From assembly GCA_964620935.1 (NCBI GenBank), contig CAZUHW010000004.1, forward strand, positions 14,362 to 78,361: a DNA stretch of 64,000 nucleotides. The letters are read 5' to 3'. This document shows, in pieces, positions 39,231 through 47,108 of this stretch. The position numbers and the translations under genes were made by a program. This stretch comes from an uncultured Dehalococcoidales bacterium (lineage in GTDB: Bacteria > Chloroflexota > Dehalococcoidia > Lucifugimonadales > Lucifugimonadaceae). The notes below the pieces were generated by a model. That model had not been told where the DNA came from and made no database searches. It saw only the letters and a program-made list of their open reading frames with translations. The first letter of the stretch is position 1; the number at the start of each line of letters is the position of its first letter.

Positions 39231-39259
39231 TTGACATCATATACGTAACCGTGTAATAT
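39231..39259 (+). promoter_or_regulatory. near-consensus sigma-70 promoter, unit 2
   Basis: TTGACA at 39231-39236, a 17-bp spacer, and TAATAT at 39254-39259. Confidence 0.7.
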
Positions 39260-39266
39260 CTATTTC

Positions 39267-39394
39267 AACGTTAGACGTAACGAGTGGGAAATTGGAAGGG
39301 TGAACTCAAGGGACGCTGCATCTGGAAGAAGAACCACTATTCCGTATCGGGAGGATAGCTCTCACTCAGCAATGAGTGAGAGTTCTTTCTTTTT
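39267..39394 (+). ncRNA. unclassified structured RNA, copy 2
   Basis: Identical to copy 1. The terminator stem is 39359-68/39373-82 and the U-tract runs to 39394, ending 27 nt before the ParB-like ATG. Confidence 0.65.
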
Positions 39395-39420
39395 GTATCA
39401 ATTCTTTATAATGTTTGTTA

Positions 39421-39978
39421 ATGAAAGAAATTCAAGAATTTAAAAACATTTCTCTAGAAAAAATTAATATATCTACTACTCATGAAGATTTAATAGATGA
39501 GGCAGATATAGATAATATTGTTGCTGATATAAAAGAAAAAGGTTTATCTAGGCCTATAATTGTTTCATTAGAAGACGATAAATACTCACTTATGCTTGGA
39601 ACTAAAAGACTTATGGCTGCAAAAAAAGTTAGTAGCAGTTCAATTTTTTGCGGTGTAATTAATGGAAAAGTAGATAAGTCCGAAGTGGCAGCAATTGCTT
39701 TATGTTACACCAGTCTGGAAGATATGCTAAACGATGAAGATAGAACATTAGCTATACATTATCTCAATAAAAACTTCAAAGGTGATTTAAACAAAATGTC
39801 ATCTGTTACAAATTTAAGTACTGAAGAAATAAAATCTTATTTAAATTTTTATGAAGATGCAGAAAAAGCAAAAAGTTATTTAAACAGTATTAATGCAAAA
39901 GACTTTGAAAAAAAATTAAGTTCTTTAGCCCCAGAAGAACTAGGCGACTTAATTAAATTATTAGAAAAATTAAACTAA
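39421..39978 (+). CDS. orphan ParB/Srx-like N-terminal-domain protein
   Basis: The ORF opens at TTG 39415 and the ATG at 39421 is more likely. ISLEKINIS...IVADIKEKGLSRPIIVSLEDDKYSLMLGTKRLMAAKKV follows the ParB N-domain pattern (GxxR box retained as GTKR). Helical C-terminal half. No Shine-Dalgarno site seen. Confidence 0.6.
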   Translation: MKEIQEFKNISLEKINISTTHEDLIDEADIDNIVADIKEKGLSRPIIVSLEDDKYSLMLGTKRLMAAKKVSSSSIFCGVINGKVDKSEVAAIALCYTSLEDMLNDEDRTLAIHYLNKNFKGDLNKMSSVTNLSTEEIKSYLNFYEDAEKAKSYLNSINAKDFEKKLSSLAPEELGDLIKLLEKLN

Positions 39979-39990
39979 AGTATTTCTATA

Positions 39991-40083
39991 TTATCTTCCG
40001 CCTGTAGCTACAGCAAAAACAACAATAATTGCCACTATCAAACAAGCAATAAGAAACGGTGGGCTAGTTAAAAACTTTATCAT
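39991..40083 (-). CDS. possible 30-aa single-TM micro-protein
   Basis: Not in the ORF track. ATG at 40083 with AAAGGA 7 nt upstream, 24 nt downstream of the bcp stop. Peptide MIKFLTSPPFLIACLIVAIIVVFAVATGGR. Confidence 0.25.
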   Translation of the reverse strand: MIKFLTSPPFLIACLIVAIIVVFAVATGGR

Positions 40084-40107
40084 AATGAATCCTTTCTTAT
40101 TTACATA

Positions 40108-40575
40108 TTATGTTTTTACCCTATTTTGTACGAATTTAAGTACTTCAAGCGGATGATTTTCTGGGTCATTAATTTCTTTCCATGTTTCAATTACAATGCC
40201 AGCTTCATCTATAAAATAAGTTTCTCTTTTAATCGAATTACCAAACTGTTCGCTTACAAAAAAGGTCCCAAATTCTTTTGAAATCTTATAATGAGTATCA
40301 GACAACAAATCAAAATTTAAATTAAAATCTTTTGAAAATTTCTTATGAGAATCATTATTGTCAGCACTTATTCCTATTACTTCACAATTGAATTCTTTAA
40401 ATTCTGAATAAATATCTCTAAATTTACAAGATTCTCTTGTGCATCCCGGAGTATTATCTTTAGGATAAAAATAAATAACCAATAACTTTCGGGAATAATC
40501 TTCTAATTTCTTTTTAAAACCTGAAGTATTAATTAATTCAAAACTTGGACAGTTATCTCCAATCTCTATAGACAT
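40108..40575 (-). CDS. bcp: thioredoxin-dependent peroxiredoxin Bcp
   Basis: YFYPKDNTPGCTRESC is the peroxidatic-Cys motif of the Bcp/PrxQ family; 155 aa. Confidence 0.85.
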   Translation of the reverse strand: MSIEIGDNCPSFELINTSGFKKKLEDYSRKLLVIYFYPKDNTPGCTRESCKFRDIYSEFKEFNCEVIGISADNNDSHKKFSKDFNLNFDLLSDTHYKISKEFGTFFVSEQFGNSIKRETYFIDEAGIVIETWKEINDPENHPLEVLKFVQNRVKT

Positions 40576-40627
40576 ATTAGTAAAATCCTTCTATAACTAT
40601 TATTAGTAAAATAAATTTTTTAATTCT

Positions 40628-41914
40628 ATGAATAAAAAACCAAATATAATTTTTATATTATCAGATGATCTTGGATACGAAACTTTAGGTTGCTATGGTG
40701 GCACTTCCTACAAAACACCTAATCTAGATAATTTGGCTAAAACAGGAGCTCGCTTTAATAATGCTCACGTACAGCCTCTTTGTACACCAACTAGAGTGCA
40801 ATTAATGTCAGGAAAATACAATTTTAGAAATTATATTGGATTTGGATTAATGGATCCTAAAGAAAGAACATTTGGTCATATATATTCTGAAAGTGGCTAT
40901 AAAACTTGTATAGCTGGAAAGTGGCAATTGTATTCTTATAATCCTCCTGGTGAAAAACCTGAAGATAGAAATAAGGGTCAAAAAATTGAAGATGCAGGTT
41001 TTGATGAATATTGTGTATGGCATGCTCATCAAACTGAAGAAAAAGGTTCTAGATATAAAGATCCAATAATTTACCAAAACGGTGAATATTTAAAAGATAC
41101 AAAAGAACAGTACGGAGATGATATATTTACTGACTATATCAATAATTTTATTGAAAAAAATCAAGATGATCCTTTCTTTGTTTATTTTCCCATGGCACTA
41201 ACTCATGACCCAAAAGAGCCAACTCCTGATAGTGAAGAATATAAACTTTTTGAGCCTCCATCAAACAAAACCCTAGGCGGGACAACATTTGATGAACTTG
41301 AAAACTGGGATGATGATCCAAAGTTCTACAAGGATATGGTTGAATATCATGACAAAATAATTGGCAGAATAGTTTCAAAATTAGAATCACTTAATTTAAG
41401 AGATGACACTTTAATAATTTATGCAGGCGACAATGGAACAACAAGAGGGATTGTTTCTATGATGGGTGATAAAGAAATTATCGGAGGAAAAGGGCTTACA
41501 AGCGACACAGGGACACACGTACCTTTAATATGCAATTGGCCAAAAGCTGTTCCTCAAGAAACAGTAATTGATGACCTTGTAGATGCATCAGATTTTTTAC
41601 CTACAATGTTAGATATAAGCAATATTGAACATAATGACATAACCGATGGCAGATCTTTTTACTCTCAAATTAGCGGAGGAAAAGGAAATCCAAGAGAATG
41701 GATTTACTTTTATTTTGATCCGAATAGCCCTAGACTCAAAAGACCTGTCTCAGAGTTTGTAAGAGAAAGAAAATGGAAGTTATACTCGGATGACAGAATG
41801 TTTAATGTATTAGATGATCCAGATGAAAAAAATATAATATCCTGCAATGAAACCGAAGAAACAAAAGAAGTTTATAAAAAACTAAAAAAAATACTTGCTG
41901 ATATAAAAAATTAA
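40628..41914 (+). CDS. sulfatase (formylglycine-dependent)
   Basis: NIIFILSDDLGYE and the sulfatase signature LCTPTRVQLMSG (CxPxR). Confidence 0.85.
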   Translation: MNKKPNIIFILSDDLGYETLGCYGGTSYKTPNLDNLAKTGARFNNAHVQPLCTPTRVQLMSGKYNFRNYIGFGLMDPKERTFGHIYSESGYKTCIAGKWQLYSYNPPGEKPEDRNKGQKIEDAGFDEYCVWHAHQTEEKGSRYKDPIIYQNGEYLKDTKEQYGDDIFTDYINNFIEKNQDDPFFVYFPMALTHDPKEPTPDSEEYKLFEPPSNKTLGGTTFDELENWDDDPKFYKDMVEYHDKIIGRIVSKLESLNLRDDTLIIYAGDNGTTRGIVSMMGDKEIIGGKGLTSDTGTHVPLICNWPKAVPQETVIDDLVDASDFLPTMLDISNIEHNDITDGRSFYSQISGGKGNPREWIYFYFDPNSPRLKRPVSEFVRERKWKLYSDDRMFNVLDDPDEKNIISCNETEETKEVYKKLKKILADIKN

Positions 41915-41915
41915 T

Positions 41916-42473
41916 TTATCTTTTGAATATTCTAGGATCTAATTTATTCGGCTCTATTTTTTCTACTACTGTTCCAGATAAAATATCATGACCACATCTC
42001 CTATCAGATCTGAATATTAATAATGTTTGCACAAGCACTAAAAGAGCTACAAATGAAATTACATTCTCTGAAGTAGAAAAAGATTGAGTAGATGAGTTAA
42101 ATTGAAAACTATCATCATTGATAAAAAATACGCTTAAGAAGTTAGGTATTTGCCAGATCATTAAATAACGAATAATAAAAATATTTCTTATACTAGGAAC
42201 TTGAAGTGTACTTGAATCAATAATTCTAATAGAAATTAATCTTTTTCCGATGGTTTGGCCATCCTTAATTAAAAAATTTCCTTGAACAATAATTACTATC
42301 AATAAGCTAATGATTGACACAATGTTTCCAGATTTAACTGAAAATAATGAAAAAAATAATGGAATTACAAAGCTAATACCAAATGAAAAAATTGCATCAA
42401 TAAAAAAAGCATAAAATCTCTGCGATCTTTCTGCTAGGTAAACTTCATTTCTCTGATCAGTAGTATTTTCCAT
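41916..42473 (-). CDS. RDD-family membrane protein
   Basis: RFYAFFIDAI..., three TM segments, QTIGKRLISIRI and CGHDILSGTVV are typical of the RDD family. Confidence 0.65.
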   Translation of the reverse strand: MENTTDQRNEVYLAERSQRFYAFFIDAIFSFGISFVIPLFFSLFSVKSGNIVSIISLLIVIIVQGNFLIKDGQTIGKRLISIRIIDSSTLQVPSIRNIFIIRYLMIWQIPNFLSVFFINDDSFQFNSSTQSFSTSENVISFVALLVLVQTLLIFRSDRRCGHDILSGTVVEKIEPNKLDPRIFKR

Positions 42474-42577
42474 ATTTTATTACTATTAATATTATTTATA
42501 ACTATATATATATATTTTACAGTAAGAAATATTTTTTTGATTACTAATAATATATATTATATATTTATTTTATATCC

Positions 42578-43402
42578 ATGGAGGTTAAAGTGCTACCTAA
42601 TAAATTAAAAGAGACTCTCAATTCTGGCGGAAAAGTTTATGGAACAATGCTATGGGGAATTCAAGGAACAAGATTAATCCAGTCTTTAAGCTCAGAATAT
42701 TTAGATTATGTTGTTATAGAGGCAGAGCATGCAGCAAGAACAAGGTTAGAAATTAGCGAGCTGACTGCAGCGTTAAGGTCTGTTGAAATTACTAGTATCG
42801 TAAGAATCACTTCACCAAATCCAGAAGTTGCTGGAGCAATGATAGATGCAGGCGCAGATGGAATTTTAGTTCCATATACAGAAAATATAGAAGAGCTGAA
42901 ACTTTCATTTGGAAGGGCATACTTTAACCCATTAAAAGGTGAATATCTAAAAAAAGTCCTAGATACAGGTGAATTTCCAAGCAAAAAGTCTGAAGATTAT
43001 CTAAGGAATAGAAATAAAGATAAGATTTTTATATTAGGAATTGAAAGTGTACCGGCTGTAGAGAATCTTGAAAAATTAATTAATTCTGTAGAAAAAATTG
43101 ATGGAATATTCATTGGACCTAATGACTTAACAACTTCAATGGGGATCCCGGATGAAAGAGAATCTGAGGAATACATAAATATGCTTAAAAAGGTTATAAA
43201 AATATCAGAATCATATTCAATACCTGTAATGATCCATCATCACACTCCAGAGGAATCAAAGCTAACAGTTGATATAGGGTCTAGGTTCGTTTTACACGGA
43301 AATGATTCTTCAATGTTAAGTCAAAAAATTGCCGAAGATTTTACTAAATTAAGAAACAAAAAGAATAGCAAATCAAAAGATGATTTGTCAGACAAAATCT
43401 AA
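42578..43402 (+). CDS. HpcH/HpaI-family aldolase
   Basis: DYVVIEAEHAA, VRITSPNPEVAGAMIDAGADGILVPY and FIGPNDL follow the HpaI/HpcH pattern. Confidence 0.75.
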   Translation: MEVKVLPNKLKETLNSGGKVYGTMLWGIQGTRLIQSLSSEYLDYVVIEAEHAARTRLEISELTAALRSVEITSIVRITSPNPEVAGAMIDAGADGILVPYTENIEELKLSFGRAYFNPLKGEYLKKVLDTGEFPSKKSEDYLRNRNKDKIFILGIESVPAVENLEKLINSVEKIDGIFIGPNDLTTSMGIPDERESEEYINMLKKVIKISESYSIPVMIHHHTPEESKLTVDIGSRFVLHGNDSSMLSQKIAEDFTKLRNKKNSKSKDDLSDKI

Positions 43403-43842
43403 TACTTATTCAGTATTTCATTAAGCGCAGACCATGAAAGCAATGCACACTTAATCCTAACTGGGAATTTTTTTACACCTTCTATAGCGTAAGAGTCTCC
43501 AATAGAATCTAGGTCTCCATCAGATAATTCCTCATCTTTAAGCATTGACCTAATATTTAGATTAATATTTCTTGCTTCTTTAATTGATTTACCACGAATT
43601 GAATCTCCCATTAGAGAACCTGATGATTGGCTTATTGCACAACCTCTTCCAATAACACTAATCCCTTCTATTATTCCATCATCAGAAATCATCAATTGAA
43701 GTTCTATTTCATCTCCACAAAATGGATTGTGAGCCTTAGTCTCATCATATCTACCTGATAATTTTTTTGAATTTCTAGGATTTTTATAATGATCTATAAT
43801 CACTTCCTGGTACATATCATCAAAATCTGACAGGTCACTCAT
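43399..43842 (-). CDS. sufU: Fe-S cluster sulfur-transfer protein SufU
   Basis: NPFCGDEIEL, GRGCAISQSS and RIKCALL (three conserved Cys), last gene of the suf operon. Confidence 0.8.
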   Translation of the reverse strand: MSDLSDFDDMYQEVIIDHYKNPRNSKKLSGRYDETKAHNPFCGDEIELQLMISDDGIIEGISVIGRGCAISQSSGSLMGDSIRGKSIKEARNINLNIRSMLKDEELSDGDLDSIGDSYAIEGVKKFPVRIKCALLSWSALNEILNKY

Positions 43843-45062
43843 TATTTGAAATACTCCTCAACTTCTAAAAGGTGATCAATAAAAATATCTATTTCTTTCT
43901 TGGTATTGTAAATATAAACACTTGCTCTAGAAGCAGCAACTATGCCGTAGCTTCGAACTAAAGGCATAGCACAATGATGGCCTGTTCTAATTGCTATTCC
44001 AAATCTATCTAAGCCACTTCCTATATCATGAGGATGAATTTTATTATGACTAAAAGAAACTACTCCTCCTCTTTTCTCTTTTGATTTTTCTCCTAATATT
44101 TCAAAGTTATCTAACGACTTAAATTTATTAAATATATACTCACCAATTTCTACTTCATGATTCCATACATTTTTCATTCCAATGCTTTTTAAATAATCAC
44201 AAGCAACTCCTAAACCAATCGCATCAGCTATATTAGGAGTTCCTGCTTCAAATTTATAAGGAAGGTCATTCCATTTAGCATCTTCATATGTGACTTCACT
44301 AATCATGTCTCCACCAAAAAGAAATGGAGGCATTTCACTTAAAATATCAAATCTTCCATATAAAACTCCTATTCCAGTTGGGCCAAGCATTTTATGCCCA
44401 GAGAAACAAAGAAAATCGCAATCTAGATCTTTAACATCAACGGGCATGTGCGGAACACTTTGGCAAGCATCTATTACTGTCACAGCTGAAGTAGACTTGG
44501 CCATATCCATTATTTCTTTTACAGGCAACACAGTCCCTAATACATTTGACATATGTGTAACTGAAATAAGCTTAGTTTTTGCACTAATCATAGATTTAAA
44601 TTTATTTAAATCTACATCTCCAGATTCAGTTAGAGGAATATATTTTAAGTTTGCTTTGTTGTTTTTACACAATTCTTGCCATGGAACTATATTAGAATGA
44701 TGCTCAAATGGTGTTATAAAAATATCATCACCTTTATTGATATTTTTAGAGCCCCAACTATGAGCAATAATATTTAGAGATTCTGATGCATTTCTTGTAT
44801 AAATTATTTCTTCATCTCTGTCAGCATTTATAAACTCTCTAACTTTAGATCTTGATTTTTCATATTCATCAGTAGCTTTTACACTCAAAGAGTGAACTCC
44901 CCTGTGAACATTAGAGTTATATTTTTCATAATAATCAACCAAAGAATTTATAACTGATTTAGGTTTTTGCGAAGTGGCTGCATTATCAAGATAAATCAAA
45001 TTATTTCCATTGATTTTAGTTTCCAATATTGGAAAATCTTTTCTTATTCTTTCTAAGTCCAT
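43842..45062 (-). CDS. sufS: cysteine desulfurase SufS
   Basis: YLDNAATSQKP, SGHKMLGPTGIG (PLP Lys) and RTGHHCAMP (active-site Cys). Confidence 0.9.
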   Translation of the reverse strand: MDLERIRKDFPILETKINGNNLIYLDNAATSQKPKSVINSLVDYYEKYNSNVHRGVHSLSVKATDEYEKSRSKVREFINADRDEEIIYTRNASESLNIIAHSWGSKNINKGDDIFITPFEHHSNIVPWQELCKNNKANLKYIPLTESGDVDLNKFKSMISAKTKLISVTHMSNVLGTVLPVKEIMDMAKSTSAVTVIDACQSVPHMPVDVKDLDCDFLCFSGHKMLGPTGIGVLYGRFDILSEMPPFLFGGDMISEVTYEDAKWNDLPYKFEAGTPNIADAIGLGVACDYLKSIGMKNVWNHEVEIGEYIFNKFKSLDNFEILGEKSKEKRGGVVSFSHNKIHPHDIGSGLDRFGIAIRTGHHCAMPLVRSYGIVAASRASVYIYNTKKEIDIFIDHLLEVEEYFK

Positions 45063-45063
45063 T

Positions 45064-46350
45064 TTATTTAAATGATAGGCTTGGCAAAATTAATTCAGTT
45101 TGATTTGATGCAAATTTTCTTATCTTGCTGTCAGAAATTGAATCAATAATTTCATCAGCAAAGCCTCTAACAAGCATTTGCGTAGCTATTTCCTTTTCAA
45201 TCCCTCTAGACATCATATAATACAACCCGCTTTCATCTATATGTCCGGCTGTAGCTCCATGAAAACATTCAACATCATCTGCATATATTTCCAGGCTTGG
45301 CTTTGTGTCAATTTCTGCCCCTTTTGACATTAGTAAATTTAAATCCTTTTGTGTGGCATATGTTTTTTGTGCATCTCTCTCAACAAATATTTTTCCACTG
45401 AATACAGCTTTCGATTCATCTGAAAGAACTCCTTTATAGAATTGATTACTTTTGCAATTTGGAGCAAGATGATCAACTGTTACATGAGTATTAAATTGGG
45501 CTTTATTATTAGTGAAATATATTCCTCTCAAATCACATTCACTACCCTGCCCTGCCATAATAACTTTAATATCATTAGATCCAATAGAAGGAGAACTGCA
45601 GAAAGAAGTATTTTCATAGTAACTACCTTCTTCTTGAAAGACTCTAGTAAAGTTAAAGTTCATATCTTTTTCTGAACCTAAAATAACTTTGTTATGAATT
45701 AATTTTGCATCCTTATCAAGATATATTTCTAAAACAGGAATATTAAGGGTATTAAAATCTGAATCAAAATGAATCTCATTTATTGTAACTTCTGTATTTG
45801 CATGTATTTTTATGCATATTCTTTCAGTAGATAAGCGATCACCCTGACTTTGACCAGCAAATACTATATTAAGAGCTTTTTGTGAGAAATTTTCATCAAT
45901 CCAAAAACTTGTTATATCAGCAACTGCTGCATTCAATGCGATAAAACCATCTTCTTCTGGATCAGCAATTTCACCAATAATTGTTTTAGAAGGGCTGGAA
46001 GCCCCTATTCCTTCAGGCTCAATAAAATTTCTTCCAGACAAATGATTTTCATAATCACCAACTATTAAGATCTCATCTTCTACAATATTAATTCCGCACG
46101 AGGCTAATTTTTCTAGAACTGAATCGAAGTCATTAGATATCCTCTCTTCATAAATACTTTTGGTAAAGTTCGAGTTTGCTACATTTCTAAGGTCAAGATA
46201 TTTCCATCTCTCATTTCCTTTTTTCTTTAGCGGAAATCCATTTTCAATAAAATAATCTGCCCCTGGAGCAACAGCTCTCATAAAGTAAAAGTTTTTATTG
46301 GCTTTAAATTCAGCTTCAATCAGCTTTTTATAATGATCTATATAACTCAT
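45064..46350 (-). CDS. sufD: Fe-S cluster assembly protein SufD
   Basis: 428 aa between sufC and sufS. C-terminal SufB/D beta-helix pattern (PSLEIYADDVECFHGATAG). Confidence 0.85.
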   Translation of the reverse strand: MSYIDHYKKLIEAEFKANKNFYFMRAVAPGADYFIENGFPLKKKGNERWKYLDLRNVANSNFTKSIYEERISNDFDSVLEKLASCGINIVEDEILIVGDYENHLSGRNFIEPEGIGASSPSKTIIGEIADPEEDGFIALNAAVADITSFWIDENFSQKALNIVFAGQSQGDRLSTERICIKIHANTEVTINEIHFDSDFNTLNIPVLEIYLDKDAKLIHNKVILGSEKDMNFNFTRVFQEEGSYYENTSFCSSPSIGSNDIKVIMAGQGSECDLRGIYFTNNKAQFNTHVTVDHLAPNCKSNQFYKGVLSDESKAVFSGKIFVERDAQKTYATQKDLNLLMSKGAEIDTKPSLEIYADDVECFHGATAGHIDESGLYYMMSRGIEKEIATQMLVRGFADEIIDSISDSKIRKFASNQTELILPSLSFK

Positions 46351-47108
46351 GAAAAACTTTCATACCCATCAGTTTCAATTTTTTTCACTAAGTCGTAATT
46401 TCCAGATTCAACAATCTTTCCGTTTATTAACACATGAACAAAATCAGGTTTTATATGATCTAGCAATCTTTGATAATGAGTAACAATTAAAAAGGATCTC
46501 TTGGAGTCTCTCATCTTATTAACTGCATCGCCTACTGCTTTGAGAGCATCTACATCAAGCCCTGAGTCAGTTTCATCTAATAATACAAGGTTAGGCTCAA
46601 GCATCATCATTTGGAATATCTCATTCTTTTTCTTTTCTCCTCCAGAAAAACCTTCATTCAGAGATCGCTTCATCAAGTCGGCGCTAATATTGATCTCTTT
46701 CAAATTATTATCATAAATTTTTGAAAATTCTCTAACGGATAATTCAGAATCTCCATTGGCCTTTCTTTTTGCATCAACTGCAGCTTTAACGAACTGCCAT
46801 GGCCTTACCCCAGGTATTTCAGAAGGATACTGAAAAGCTAAGAAAATTCCGTTCCTAGATCTTTCGTCAATAGTCATATCAAATAGATCTTTTGATTTAA
46901 ATTTAATAGAACCAGAATCAACTTCATAGATATCTCTCCCAGCAATTACATTTACAAGAGTGCTTTTACCCCCTCCATTAGGGCCCATAACTACATGAGT
47001 TTCCCCGCTTCCAATTTCTAAGTCTATTTCTGTCAATATTTCTTCTCCTGTTTCAGAAACCGATACTTTCAAATTTTTTATTTCTAATATTTTTTTATCC
47101 AACTGCAC
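46347..47108 (-). CDS. sufC: Fe-S cluster assembly ATPase SufC
   Basis: Walker [10 protein letters not shown], signature FSGGEKKK and Walker [13 protein letters not shown]. Confidence 0.9.
   Translation of the reverse strand: MQLDKKILEIKNLKVSVSETGEEILTEIDLEIGSGETHVVMGPNGGGKSTLVNVIAGRDIYEVDSGSIKFKSKDLFDMTIDERSRNGIFLAFQYPSEIPGVRPWQFVKAAVDAKRKANGDSELSVREFSKIYDNNLKEINISADLMKRSLNEGFSGGEKKKNEIFQMMMLEPNLVLLDETDSGLDVDALKAVGDAVNKMRDSKRSFLIVTHYQRLLDHIKPDFVHVLINGKIVESGNYDLVKKIETDGYESFS

Larger units (their letters stand above)
39011..39393 (+). repeat. tandem direct duplication: 166-bp unit x2, period 217 bp, 100% identical
   Basis: 39011-39176 equals 39228-39393 base for base (aligned by hand). A unique 51-bp spacer lies at 39177-39227. 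Confidence 0.95.

Noticed and set aside
39011-39394. Type III toxin-antitoxin (ToxI-like) repeat array upstream of a toxin gene
   Set aside because: ToxI-type antitoxins are short (about 34-36 nt) repeats in one transcript processed by an endoRNase toxin. Here the repeat is 166 bp with its own promoter and terminator, and the downstream protein has a ParB-like fold rather than a ToxN/AbiE-like one. The analogy is noted conceptually only.
39011-39394. CRISPR array or MITE/IS remnant
   Set aside because: There are only two copies and the repeat is far longer than CRISPR repeats. No cas genes, terminal inverted repeats, target-site duplications or transposase genes are visible in the window.
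42474-42577. (TA)n-rich, extremely AT-rich intergenic stretch between the RDD gene and the HpcH aldolase gene
   Set aside because: It is a low-complexity divergent promoter region with no defined repeat unit or structure.
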